From Chrysomallon squamiferum (lineage: Eukaryota; Animalia; Mollusca): 64,000 bases of DNA. The position numbers were made by a program, and so were the translations under genes. The notes below the pieces were generated by a model, which saw nothing but the letters and a program-made list of their open reading frames with translations, was not told the origin of the DNA and did no database searches. The DNA is taken from the NCBI GenBank assembly GCA_012295275.1, contig CM022670.1, forward strand, positions 27,900,001 through 27,964,000, written 5' to 3'. This document shows, piece after piece, positions 21,951-35,971 of this stretch (position 1 is its first letter; the number at the start of each line of letters is the position of its first letter).

Positions 21951-24900
21951 ATGTCAACTGAAAGATGTGGGTTGGTTCAAACAGGTAAATTTTATTAAAA
22001 ATAATAGTAATAATAAAAAAATAAAAATGTAAAATAATAATAATAATAAATAAATAAATAAAATAATAAAATTTTATCTGCCTGCAGTGTCTATAAATTG
22101 TGTATATTTACCTTTTTCAACTTCTGTTTCTAGGAAACTAAAAATTCTTAAAAATATTAGTATTTTGATTTAGTTTATTATTGTTACTGTTATTACTTGG
22201 TATGTTCCCAAAACTGGCAGTCTCCAGATTAGGTAAGCAGTGAGGTGTTCTAATCTGCTTCCCAGAAATGTGAAAACTGGCGTGAGCAATTAAGGCCAAT
22301 TTAGATGCACGGGGATAACGAGATGTGTGAAGAACAGATGGGACGATTAACAAGATTAACCTTAATGAGCAGTGAAGAGCAGAGGTGAGCCAGAATAGAG
22401 ACTGCAAGAAAATTAATGTTTGGAGACATTAAATTAATGTTGAATCTCAGTAAAATTTGGAGACAGGAAATACTACCAATTTAGACGTGTGGGGTTAACA
22501 AGAACAATTAAGAGATGTATGAAGAGGATAGCCAGAGTAGAAATTAATGTTATAATGTAAAATTTGAAGACAGGAAATACTACCTTTATAAATACTGTAC
22601 AGTCATGATGTTTGTTATATTTGATCATGGCTGCGAAGGGAGAAATTTTGGACAGCAGAAAACCAGGTCCGGACCTCATACTTGATGGATAGTAACAAGA
22701 ATGGTATGGTATCATGGAGATGTTTGTATTTGAGCTGCCTTGCCACCATGACTACTACACCGGATGGGACTGTGGTGAGGAGAAGTAAAGACCACACCCA
22801 TTCCACGGATGAGAGCAGAGTTGCTGTCCACCTACTGACCAACACCATACAGAAGGTGAACTTGCTTAAGGTGAAAGCTACTGGGATGAACTTGCCATTT
22901 GAACCTAAAACTGTGATCGTGGATTTTGAAATCGCAATGCACAATCTGATTCGTGATTTGATGCCATCTGCACATCTGAAGGGATGCCTATTCCACTTCC
23001 ACTTTCGGAATCTCTCCCCTGCTTACAGTGAGAAAGGACACAAGTGGTTCCATATGTTTGTTGGACTAGTGTTTCTTCCTCATGTTGTTGCTGGATACGA
23101 CTTTGAAGTGACCCACACACTGGATCTGCCAGCTTGCTTTCAGTTCAACGAGTACTTTCATGAGATGCGGATTAGTGGCAACTTTTCTCTGACCATTTGG
23201 AACCACTTCAAGAGCGACACCCCTAGGATGAACAACAACTGTGAACGTTACAACAGCAGATTGGCCAAGAGAGCAGTGAAATTATACCTGAACATATATG
23301 AGCTGATTCTCCTGTTCAAGTCAGAGAACACCAACAAGGAAGCCCATCTGCTGCAGCTGGAAGGTGGACAGAAATCACGGAAGTCCTGCCGCACTGAAGA
23401 AGACAAGAACAAGCTCTTCCAGCTGGGATTGGAGTACGTCACGTGTACCCGGGACATGGCTTCCTACTTGTCAGCTTGTGGTGGAGTGCTTTCTGGGACT
23501 TTTCTTGTGTAGAGTGTGACTGAATGTCCTACAAATTGTGGACAAAAGTACATCAGTAAAGGTGATGGGCCATCAATTAAGGTGACTGAACACCAATTAG
23601 TAAGAATGAGCAGTAAACTGCCAGAAATGGAACAACTGGCGTGTCCAATTAAGATGTGTTATAATCTCACTGCCAGATTTGGGAATGCCTTATTACTTAT
23701 TTGCAGTGTATTTTTCTTTTTTTTAATTTAAATAAATAAAAAAATAAAATTCAAAGCAATTTTAACCAAATACAGACTAGAGGGACGTGTGATGGATTAT
23801 GAAGTAGAAAATATAGGGCACTGGCTGGAATTGAAAATAATAATTAATATTTACTCAGAATTTGGTTCAGATTTTTTTCAAGTGTTTTTATGTTCCAAAT
23901 GAAATAAGAAGACCAATGAAATATATATCTAACAATACACTTATATAGACCAATGAAACACATATCTAACAATACATTTTTAATCTGTACAATAACAGAA
24001 GCATACACATATAAGACATAAAAAAAAAAATTATTGAACCAATTTTTATTATTAAGATTTCTACATACTAATAAATTTATAATTAGTATTTTTTAAATTT
24101 AATTTTATTTTTGGTATATTTATTTAAAATGTTGAAATGTTATTTATTGTTTAGTGACTGGACTGATAAGACCAGATCAGCTAGGAATGACTCTGCCACA
24201 TGAACACTTATGGCTAAACTCCTCAGGATTTTTTCAGGACCCAAAACCACAGTACAAACAGAAAGCTGATGAGGCCATTCATCTGGACAATTATGGCTGG
24301 ATCATGCACAATCCGTAAGTTAAAAAATCTTCAGAGCTTTTTGTTTTCTAAATATTTAATTACTGAAAAATTCTTTCTGTTTTGGAATTTGATCTTTATT
24401 ACTTTTGCTAATAAATTGTTTTTAAGTTCAATATGTGTTTCTGAATTTGAAGTTTGTTACTTAATTAGTGATTTACAAGCTCTGTATCTGAGAAAGTTAA
24501 ACATTTATTTATTTATTTATTTTATTTTATTTTCATTTATCTTATTTTATTATTACTTTTTTCCCTCACAAATTTTTACATAATGTATGGGTATAATTAA
24601 TATAGCAAAAAAACCATATACCATCTGTTTAGGAACTGATAACAACCCTAATTATGGAAAATTAACACTTACATAATTAGTGAATAAATAAATAAATAAC
24701 TAAAAGTATTAAATGAAAAGAAAAGAAATCATATAGAAAAATAAAGACAACTACTATCAGAAAATTCACAAAACATAATAAGCAACACAATTCCTAGAGA
24801 ATTTTAAAAAACAACAACACTAATAATAAAATAATTTAATGTATCACACCAAGGCAAACATGTCAGGATACATTATTTACATGTGTAAAATTCCTGATTT

Positions 24901-25231
24901 AGAAAAGAAAGAAAAAAGATAACCAGGTTTACAGTTTCACAGCAAACATTTTTGCATATTTTAGTTACTGGATGGGGTCTAATGGTATCATTAAATATCA
25001 TTAACATCCTTCTTACAAAATCTAATGTGACTTCAGTTAAACCTGTGTCTTGTAAAGAATGAATGACAAGACAGCTTGTTAGTGTCATGTTTTATTTTAT
25101 TACTGGTGTTGTGATAACCTTGTACATATATATATATTTTATATATGTTAAAACACCCTGTTTGAATTACTGCAACCTTTAAGAATATCAGCATCCAGAA
25201 TGTAGGTCAAACAACAACAATAACAACAACA

Positions 25232-25294
<63 letters not shown>

Positions 25295-28160
25295 GTAATA
25301 ATAATAATAGTTAGCAATAATGATACCAGTAACAACAGCAATAACAATTATAATAATAATAATCAGAAGAAAGAAAGAAAGAAAAAGAAAATTTGAATTT
25401 GAAAAAAGAATTCATATTAAAAAAAAAAGACAAAAAGCCCAGTTTGGCCATGCCACTGATATGTTTATACACAAGAGTATCACAAGTGTTCATGTTATTT
25501 TGATGGATGTGTAACTGATCTGCTGCATGTTTTTCAGGTACAGTTGCAAAGAGAATCTAGGGCTGACAGAGGAGACTATGGAAACTGTGAAAAAGGAGAT
25601 GGAATGTTTTAAGGTTTTATTAATTTATTAAAATGAGTGGATTTTTTTATTTTATTTTATTTTATTTTATTTTATTTTATTTTATTTATTTATTTATTTA
25701 TTTATTAATATTTTATTTTATTGATTTTGTTTTTATTTAAAACACACGCACTCTCACACACACACATATAAAATAAACTGGGGTTTCTCTGTTCTGCGTT
25801 TTTATAATAATGACATTTATGTAATATGTTTGCTGTTGTAAAGAATTCTTCCACATTTTAATTATTTAAAAAAAAGGATAAAATATCTGTTTAAAAAAAG
25901 AAAAAGAAAAGAAAAGAAAAAACAAAAAATAATGTGTATAATGGGTCATTCCATGTCAAATCACCCCCCAAAAAATAAATTTAAACCCGACATCTCAGAT
26001 TTTTATGAAACTTGGTACACTTGTTGACTGGGATCCCACAGCACCAGGAAACTTTTATATGTTTTAGTTAACATGTTGGAGATTAAATTTCAATAAAGGT
26101 CATCTCAAAGTCACGTGATCCACACTGTCAATTTCAAGGTCATAGCAAAGGTCAAAAGGTCAAGGTACTTCAGTATTTTCCAAACTGAACAAAATTTGGA
26201 ATCCTTGTCATTTTGCCTTTCTAACAATACCAATTTTATGAAGATTGGACCAGTAGTTCCTGAGATATGAGGGTTCTAAGGTTGGTGGTCACACCTATTT
26301 TTGCCAAAAATCTCAAAATTCGGTGGGCCATACCTCCCACACCACTTGTCTGATTGGGCTAAAATTTCAGATTTGGTAAAAATAACCACTACTAATGATA
26401 AATATTTGTGAATATATTTTCAGTTGTATTATATAATTAATAATTCAGACTCTGAGACATGTTAATATTACAATATTAATATGAAATTTATTTTTCCATT
26501 TCTTAAAATGTGTGGTAGCATAGGATAACCAGTCACATGGTGAAAATTATCAAAATTTATGTTTTGATGGAATAAGATAAACACAATCTACAGATCAGTG
26601 ACATGCGATACATGGGGTTGTGATGTCAGAGATTTTAGATGAATGTTGGCAAAATAAATGCATAGTTTTAGCATAATTTCATTAAGATTTTGACAGGTCA
26701 CACAAACAAACAAAAACAATGTGTTTTATTCACTGATTTCAGCAAAAAACATGTATAGACATGAAAGTTGAGTTTTTTTCAAAATTACATTGTGTGATAT
26801 CTGATGCTGGACTGCATTAACCTGTATGCAGAATTACATTGTGTGACATCTGACTGGTTCTTAATCACAAATATTTGAATTAATCATAAAATTTTACTGA
26901 ATATCACAGCACAATGGAGGAGGAAGCATTGTGGAAAATACAAGTATTGGACTTTCACCAAATTACAAATTTCTTGAAGAACTTTCTAAGTCAGTTGGTG
27001 TCAATATCATAGCAGGAACAGGTATGTTCTCTGGTTTTGCATTTGTAGAATTTATACACATTTTTATATATTATTTATTTATTGGTTGTTTGCTGATGTA
27101 AAGAATTCTTCCATTCCTGCTTACAGATTTGTAAGTACTTTTTAAAAATATAAAATATCTGTTTAAAAAAAAAAATAATTGAAAAAATCATACACAAAAA
27201 AAAAAAAAAAAAGAAAAGAATTATAAGTAAAAAAAAAAAAATTAAATAAATTTAGGAAAAAAAGTGAAAAAAGTCAAATTAAAAATATAAAAAATATTAA
27301 ATATAAAAAGTAATGTGTACACAAGTCCTTCAGTTTATTGCAAATTTTAAAATTATTTACAACTATTGTAATCTTTGTTTTTTTTAATGATCTACATTCA
27401 TTTTTATTCAGCCTTAAGAGTTGGAAAAATTTGAACCTGAAAATTACCTTGGATAATATTTTTCTACTGCATTTTCTTAAATGTATCAAAACCATCCATC
27501 TGATAAAATCAGCTAGTTCATTTATAAATAACAGAGAATGAGTTTGATATTACATCTTAATTATTCCTTTAGATCTATTATTTTTGGTATGTGTCTGAAA
27601 AATTACATTAATAGAAATAACTCACCTAATTAATGCTAAAAAAAAGTACATAATCAAGAGTACATCACAGTGTCTTTCTTTTCAAAATGTTCGCTTATCA
27701 TCTTAATACAGCACAGTAGATCATAATCTAATTTTTGTGTTTTTTATTTCATTTTCTTTATTCCAAGGTTACTATGTGGAAATGTATCAGTCTGAGGCCA
27801 CCAAACGGCTGTCTGCAGAGGCCATGGCTGACAAGATTCGCAAAGATCTCACGGAGGGTGTTGAAGGGACAAAGATAAAATGTGGAGTCATTGGTGAAAT
27901 TGGATGTAGTTGGCCACTCACAGGTACAGTCTAAAAACTATTCCTTGATTAGTTGCTCTGTTTAAATTGATAAAATTTTATTCACAGTTGCAATCCTTAT
28001 TCTTAACATGTTGAAGTTTAAATGATATTGTTTCTTTGTCCATTTTAATCTCTAAGACTATTTTAGGTAATTATACTGTAAAGTAACAATCAAAATGTCT
28101 TTCATATCTGTAGTTTTTCAGTTTATTATCATTATTTTTATTATTGCTATTGTTATTGTT

Positions 28161-28192
<32 letters not shown>

Positions 28193-30163
28193 TTGTGGCA
28201 GATTTTGAGCTATTTTTGTACATATTTTACTTTTTAGATTTTGAGCTATTTATGTACATATTTTCCTTTTTAGATTTTGAGCTATTTTTGTATATATTTT
28301 ACTTTTTAGATTTTGAGCTATTTTTGTACATATTTTACTTTTTAGATTTTGAGCTATTTTTGTACATATTTTACTTTTTAGATTTTGACTATTTTTGTAC
28401 ATATTTTACTTTTTAGATTTTGAACTATTTTTGTACATATTTTACATTTTAGATTTTGAGCTATTTTTGTATATATTTTACTTTTTAGATTTTGAGCTAT
28501 TTTTGTACATATTTTACTTTTTAGATTTTGAGCTATTTTTGTACATATTTTACTTTTTAGATTTTGAGCTATTTTTGTAGATATTTTACTTTTTAGATTT
28601 TGAGCTATTTTTGTACATATTTTACTTTGTAGATTTTGAACTATTTTTGTATATATTTTACTTTTTAGATTTTGAGCGCAGATCTCTGCAGGCGAGTGCT
28701 GCAGTACAGGCAGAGTTGGGTTGTCCAGTCATCATTCATCCTGGCAGACATTCTGATGCTCCGTTTGAAATCATCCGAGTGTTTCAAGAAGCTGGTGGAT
28801 TTGTGAATAAAACAGTCATGTCTCATCTTGACAGTAAGCTAATGTTAAAATATTTATTTTAATTATTTTTAATAATTTTTAAAATTAATTTCCGCTGATA
28901 TCTCTACTGATTATAACATTAACAGTTACCAAGTTACTGTCATGTTTTTGAGTAATAATAACATGAGGATTAATTTCATGGGTTACTCTCACCAAGAGAT
29001 ATTTTATTGTTGAAACACCACAGCTTTAGTATTTCTTTGGTACTGATAGTAAATGTTAATTTTAAAAGACATTTTAGTACATTGCAAATGAAAAAGAAAG
29101 TGTAATAATATTATATGTTACTTTATTTTTGACATACTTATAATAATTACTAACTGCAAATGATACCCATTATTAATTCTTCTTCTTTTTATAATTACTT
29201 GTTTTTTTTATGTATTTATTTATTTATTTATTCTAGGGACGATTTTTGATGATAAACAGTTGTTGGAATTTGCTGCACTGGGTTGTTACTGCGAGTATGA
29301 CTTGTTTGGCATAGAAACGTCACATTACCAGATTGTAGCTAGCATTGACATGCCCAGTGACGCCCAGAGAATCCAGAAAATCAAGTGTCTAATTGAAGGA
29401 GGTTTTGTTGAAAAAATCAGCATATCTCATGATGTACACACTAAACATCGCTTGGTAACTAAATTCAGAAACTATAAATTAATTAATCAAGGAAACAAAC
29501 AGAAAATCAGATACAGAAATTTGTAAAACAAACTAATAAACAGTAAATAAACAAAAAACAAAAACATAAATATTTTTGTATTGAAATTACTGAATTATCT
29601 CCCCTTATTTGTTTTTTATTATTTTTTTATTGAATTCAAAGGTTGTTTTTTGTTGTTGTTTTTTTGGAGATAACATTTTTCTTTTATAATATTATGTGTA
29701 TGTTTAAATTAGTTTATATTTGAATGTACATATAAAAATGTATATGTATGCTCATCTGCATTTGTGTGTATGCGCATTAATTAAATCATTTAGGTGTGAC
29801 TGAACATATATTTATAGAGTTATTTTATGTGTTGAAAATAAATGAAAATAAAATCTGTTAAATTTTCTGTTATATTTCGTTCTGTATTTCAGATTTGTTT
29901 AATATGTTTTATTAATTCATATTTAATTATATCATTCTCTTTCTTTTGTTGATTTCTATATTTCAGGCTTCAAATACATTTATATAAGATATTATTCATT
30001 CTCTCTACTGATTTGATTTTCACAGACGAAATATGGAGGTCATGGATATTCACACATCTTAGAAAACATCATCCCAAAGATGTTGACAAGAGGAATATCA
30101 AAAGAAACAGTTCACCAGATCACAGTAACTAATCCCAAACAGTGGCTGACTTATGAGAAATAA
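21951..30163 (+). CDS. PTER: Phosphotriesterase-related protein (amidohydrolase superfamily)
   Basis: Exons 21951-21984 ([12 protein letters not shown]), 24155-24314 ([10 protein letters not shown], HxH metal motif), 25538-25613, 26910-27021 (GGGSIVENT...NIIAGTG), 27768-27923 ([14 protein letters not shown]), 28669-28833 ([15 protein letters not shown]), 29237-29454 ([16 protein letters not shown]), 30026-30163 ([11 protein letters not shown]...[10 protein letters not shown]). Splice phases are consistent. Confidence 0.96.
22199..23689 (+). mobile_element. Mutator/MULE DNA transposon, internally deleted, in the first coding intron of PTER
   Basis: Perfect 9-bp TSD TTATTACTT at 22190-22198 and 23690-23698. 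Ends are GG...CC with an imperfect TIR (ttcccaaaactggcagt vs revcomp ttcccaaatctggcagt). ORF 22682-23512 has a FLYWCH-like W-x-C..C..H-x-H motif plus MULE motifs DFEIAM, GCLFHF and [12 protein letters not shown]. Confidence 0.88.
25941..26460. repeat. Probable fragment of an interspersed non-autonomous repeat in a PTER intron
   Basis: Abrupt shift to higher-complexity sequence with motifs typical of invertebrate non-autonomous elements (gatttttatgaaacttggtac, aaaggtcaaaaggtcaagg, gttcctgagatatg). No second end or TSD identified. Confidence 0.35.
28199..28677 (+). repeat. 36-bp minisatellite (13 units) spanning a PTER intron/exon junction
   Basis: Unit ATTTTGAGCTATTTTTGTACATATTTTACTTTTTAG. 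Unit starts run from 28202 to 28633, and the real exon starts at 28669 (467 bp = 13x36-1). Confidence 0.95.
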
Positions 30164-30179
30164 CTCTGCAACACTGGTC

Positions 30180-30490
30180 ACAAGAAACAACAGAAATATG
30201 GATATGCATTGATGGAAAGTGAATGAGGAACAATAATTAAAATACTTATATAATTAATATATAATTAAAAATTATATGTGCCAGAGAAGAAATAAATTTA
30301 CAACATCTCTTACAAGGAACAAACAAAATGTGCATAGGTGAAAACTGAATTAAGAAATATAATTAATATAATGATTTTATATAATCAGGCTGTGGAACAA
30401 AATTACAAGAAATAATTTTACATTTGTTACAGGAAATAACTGAAATATGAATATTCATAGGCAGAAACTGAATTAATTGAAATGCAATTA
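30180..30490. repeat. Degenerate ~125-bp direct repeat (about 3 units) after the PTER stop codon
   Basis: Recurring aca(a)g(g)aa...aaatatg...cataggNNNaaactgaattaa blocks near 30180, 30310 and 30428. Confidence 0.4.
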
Positions 30491-32542
30491 AAATATTTCA
30501 TTAAATAATTAATAAAATGTGATTTTAAGTTGTTATGATTATGATACAAATCTTCAAGATTTGGTTTAAATGAATTAGAGTAATGTTTTAAATTTACTGT
30601 TTAACATGCTACAAATCAAAATGGGTAATTTTTATGAGTAATTGAAACTCTTACCATAAAAAGAGTTAAACAAATTTGAAATAATCCAAAGATAATCAGA
30701 GATAAAATATGTTTTTTTTTTGTTTTGTTCATTGTTAGGAATATTTAATAAAGAATTAACATAATTATTGTTAACAGTTAATAGTAAAACAGCTGCCTTT
30801 AACTTCCAGCTGTGCTAGGAGTAAAGGGAATCAGTTACTATTATTTTTTAATGTTGTAATAGCATTGTGAATACAGTATTTATGTATAGCTAGGAAAATA
30901 GATTAATGTTTTATAACGTGCAATAATTAATTCTGTGCAGTAACAGAAGTAGAAATTAACTACCAAGTCAACTAATCCATGTAATGTTTTCATTTAAGTC
31001 TAAACTTCAGATAGCTTTAATTTTCTAATCCTCTAAGTCATCCTAGTATTTTTATATTTGCAGATAATAGTGTATACATGTTTATAATTAAGTGTGTGTC
31101 TCTGTGTGTGTGCAGTATTTACACTATGCAACTTACAACATTTCAGCTGTAAAATTCCTAACCAGGTACATGCAATGCGAGCAACACTAGACTGTATCCT
31201 AACCAGATGCAACCATAAGAACTGTATCATTTTTGAAACATTGATCTACCAGTGAAGTCAAGATAAACCTATCAGAGTATATATTAAAATGTTCTATCAG
31301 TACCTGTGGCTGTCACTGTACAAGATGACATTACCAACAGTAGATGTAGTTGTATTGTAACACTGGATCAAAAATAACAATTGTTAATGTATGGCAGTGT
31401 TAGAGGGTTGTATATATTTATGAAAAATGTTCATGTATCTATGATATGCATTTCAACATGCAATAATTGATAGCCATTTCATCCTTAGATGTACTGCTCA
31501 TGTGGACATGAGTCCATTCTGTGTGAAATAAGCATTATCCTTGTTTATTATACAAATGATTTACATCTAAGGTTTTGCTTCTATATTGTCATATTTTACA
31601 TTATTTTACCTAATGTACTGTCTGTAACATTGCAGTCAGAAACATGCACATTGACAGACGCAGTGCTGCAGTTCTACTGCTCCCACGACATCATTGTAGA
31701 AAGTGAAGGTGGATTTGCGTAAAGCCATTAATGCAAAAAGTCAGAAATACAGCGATATTTCCAGATGAGTGCAGATCAGATAGAATGTTTGCTCTTTTAG
31801 CTGGCCCTCATACCTGGTAATTTACGAAAGAGGTGGATGAGTTAGTTGTTCATCTTCCATTTTCATGTATGGGGGAAATAATTTTGTTTGGATAATACAT
31901 TTTATATGCTCATGTAGTGCAACAAAGAATAGAAACATCGGTATTGTGTCAAGCACTCGACTCACTCAAGTCAATGGTTTCTGAAAAAACTGCTCACATC
32001 ACACGTGCCTGGTTAGGATACAGCTTTATTGTTACAAGTATTGTAAATGATAAGAGTTTAATATTATATTACAGAAGTGTTACATGTGATTATGATGATG
32101 ATAATGATTTCTTTCTTATTTATTTTATTATAATTTTTAAAATTTTAAATGTATCCTTCAACAAATGTTGATACTGTAATCTTTATTTTAAAATCATGTT
32201 TTTGATAAAAAAAAAAAGAATATCTCTTTTATTCTTTTCATATTTGTGCTGATAATTATAATATTATCATTATTTTTTTAAATAATATTTTATTTTAGAA
32301 ATCAAGTATCAACAGGATTTTATTACTAATATTTATATTTCATAATGCATAAATAAATACTATTCCTAACAGGATTTTCTGTTACTGCTTTTTTGAAATT
32401 AATGAATTAATATTCAGTTTACTTTTTCTTCAGTATTATTATTATTATATCTTAGTTTCTTTAGGAACATGTAATATATTAAATTAGTTTTCTTTTCAGA
32501 CGTGTATGATAATGAGATTATTCATTTACAGAAATCATTGTT

Positions 32543-33321
32543 AAAAATCAACCCAACATATTTATTAAAAAATCAACCAGACATATTTATAACAAATCAA
32601 CCAGACATATTTATTTAAAAATCAACCATATTTATTTAAAAATCAACCAGACATATTTATTTAAAAATCAACCAGACATATTTATAAAAAATCAACCAGA
32701 CATATTTATTTAAAAATCAACCAGACATATTTATAGAAAAATCAACCAGACATATTTATTTAAAAATCAACCAGACACATTTATTTAAAAATCAACCAGA
32801 CAAATTTATTTAAAAATCAACCAGACATATTTATTTAAAAATCAACCAGACACATTTATTTAAAAATCAACCAGACATATTTATTTAAAAATCAACCAGA
32901 CACATTTATTTAAAAATCAACCAGACATATTTATAAAAAATAAACCAGACATATTTATTTAAAAAATCAACCAGACATATTTATTTAAAAAATCAACCAG
33001 ACATATTTATTTAAAAATCAACCAGACACATTTATTTAAAAATCAACCAGACATATTTATTTAAAAATCAACCAGACATATTTATAAAAAATCAACCAGA
33101 CATATTTATTTAAAAATCAACCAGACATATTTATAGAAAAATCAACCAGACATATTTATTTAAAAATCAACCAGACATATTTATTTAAAAATCAACCAGA
33201 CATATTTATTTAAAAATCAACCAGACATATTTATTTAAAAAATAAACCAGACACATTTATTTAAAAATCAACCAGACATATTTATAACAAATCAACCGGA
33301 CATATTTATTAAAAAATCAAC
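32543..33321. repeat. 25-bp minisatellite, about 31 units
   Basis: Unit TAAAAATCAACCAGACATATTTATT; period checked at 32761 vs 32811. Minus-strand reading is AATAAATATGTCTGGTTGATTTTTA. Confidence 0.95.
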
Positions 33322-33352
33322 GAAACAAAGCAGTGCTGTAGAGGACTGTGTA

Positions 33353-34231
33353 TCACCAGAGACACAGGTTGGCCTGACACATGTTGTTAGGATAGCACTG
33401 CGAGCATGGGGGACCCACCCGGTAGGGGACCTGACCCATTATATTTCCTCTGAAATAAAGTAATTAATTAATTAATAATAATCAGAGTATTAAATATTTT
33501 ACAGGTTTTGAAAGCAATCCAGTAATTTCCTAAAACCATAAATTATATCTTTAATTATGTTTTAAAAATAAATAATTTATTTATATGTTAAATAATAACA
33601 AATAGTAGTGTATATTAAATAAAAGTATTCTTCATTTTTCTTGTGTACATTGTAAATTATAATATTATTTGCAAAAATATATATATATTTAATTAATTAA
33701 TTATAATTTGAAAATATTTTACATAATATTATGTGTTTTAAATAAAACACTACCATAGATATTTTAACTGTATTATTATATGTAAATGATAATTAATTTA
33801 CTCATTTTATATAAATACATAGAAAAATTAATAATAAAAATACTTACTGTGGGGAATAAAAACACGCTAGTAACAATTTATCTGGACACTGTTTTGCAGC
33901 ACATCCCATAGCTTTACTGGAATACCAGATCATCTGGAAAAAAAATAAAATAATAATAATAATAATTATTATAATTATAATAATAACGTAGGCTGAAAAT
34001 TAGAACTGAAAATACTGTCAAAGAAAATTACATTAGGGCGTGTATCTCGGCTGTTCAAAATGAGCGCTGTATACGTAATAATATATGTGAAAAACCAATT
34101 TTTATCTCCCTTGTTATGAAATATTGTTGCGCTTGTTCCAAGAGGACACTGACAGTTGTATCATTATGGCTGACGATGGGATAATGGCATATTTATCTTT
34201 TATGCAGTTAATTTTTATTTATTTATTTATT

Positions 34232-34306
<75 letters not shown>

Positions 34307-35255
34307 TTAAATTAACATTAGTTTTCTCGTTACCTGAGTATAATGGCCTGTGGATGAAGAAAATCCGTCCCCATACCTCCACATGTACTTTTCTCTGTAC
34401 CAGCCGTCTATGGCCGAGTTGACCAGCATGTCGAGGTTAGCGCCGTGTCCGTACACCATGGCCAGATTCTCTCCCCTGCCTCGGCGCTGATGTTCCATCT
34501 GACAGTGCTGTATCCACGAAAACGCTTCGCTGGCGAGCTGGTTGCTCCATTTCTAAAGACAGAAAGAACATTTTAAAAGAAATAAAGATGATACTGATGT
34601 GTAAAATAAAAATGAAAAGTGAATGTTGAAGAAAGAACAAATATTTACAGCCATCCTTAAAAAGAAAAAAAAAAAAAAAAAAAAAAAGAACTACTATAAT
34701 AATAATAATGATGATGAACAAGCGACAACAAAAAACAAAAAAATAAAATAAAATAAAATAAATATATAAATAAATAATTTAAAAAAAAAAAAATTAAGAA
34801 ATATATATATATATATATTTAAAATATTTTTTTTTTTTTTTTTTTACAAGAATTGTCGAAGGAGAAAAGCAAAAAGCATTAGCCCAACTAACCCCTAATC
34901 TACTAGTTATTGACTAAAGGAAAATAAGTAAAAAAGAAATTCACAATAAATAAAAAACAGAAAGGCAAATTTTAAATCTCCTATCACCATTAATAATAAT
35001 AGTAAGAAGAAAAAGAAGAAGAAGAGAGATGAATGAAGAGATATAAATGAAAATAATAATAAAATTAATATTGCACAAAACAAAGAACAACTAAAACCTT
35101 TTACTGTCACTAAAAATATAAAAATAAGGATATGACCCGCCGCAGGTTAAAACTGACATATATTATGTATTTTTAGAAGATTAAAGATTCTATTGTTTAA
35201 ATATCGCGAGTAGACAAAGACAGATAGAGAAAAGGAAAAACAGGAGAGCTAGTTT

Positions 35256-35331
<76 letters not shown>

Positions 35332-35971
35332 AGAGAGAAGAAGTGAAGAAGAAAAAGAGTGTGAAGAAGACTGAAAGAACTTTACTAGAAAGGGAATTAA
35401 GAAATATTGTCAAAGATTTTGAAAATGAATTGTTTTAAACGCCTGTTTAGATGCAGAACTTCAACAACAACTAAATTTCCAAAGATAAAATAAAAATATT
35501 AAAAATTAAATAATTAGATAACCTTACCATCTTATAGACATTTGCCGCTCTAAGTCTGGATCTCACAGTATTATGGTCATTGATCAGTTTTATAATATGT
35601 CTGTAGTGGAGTCCAAACCCGCCTGACGGAGGTGGGGGGTTGGTCTGAACTCCAGGCTGCTGCTGCTGCTGCTGCTGCTTCTTCCACCAAAAATACCTGT
35701 TCGAATACTGAAAGTTGTTTCTTGACATCTGCGATGGATATCTCCAGTTGTTGGTTTTCCACCAGAACGTCTGTCTGGCTGGAGCTCTGACGTTGTTGTA
35801 CTGGTAGTTGTACGAACCGGCGCCTGGCTGCATAATCGGATAACCATTTTCTCCTTGCGACGGTTCTTCGTAACCTTCTCCAGGTTCCATCATCTGGTTT
35901 CGAACCCGTATCCTAGACTGGCTTAACAAGATGAGGAAGATTAAACAAATATGTAAAAAAGTAACCACCAT
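33353..35971 (-). CDS. Secreted CAP/SCP-domain protein with a low-complexity N-terminal region
   Basis: Exons 35971-35528 (signal-like MVVTFLHICLIFLILLSQS; DHNTVRSRLRAANVYKM), 34552-34334 (KWSNQLA..GENLA..WYRE..TGHYTQ), 33933-33848 (MIWYSSKAMGCA..ACFYSPQ), 33449-33353 (GNIMGQVPYRVGPPCSQC..C..NLCLW*). Canonical CAP motifs are present and phases are consistent. Confidence 0.92.

Noticed and set aside
28144-28580. [12 protein letters not shown]-repeat ORFs as a separate gene
   Set aside because: They are readings of the intronic 36-bp minisatellite, relevant only through alternative PTER acceptors.
32543-33321. Regular repeats here and at 28199-28677 as CRISPR arrays
   Set aside because: Head-to-tail units with no unique spacers, no cas genes, and a eukaryotic intron-containing context.
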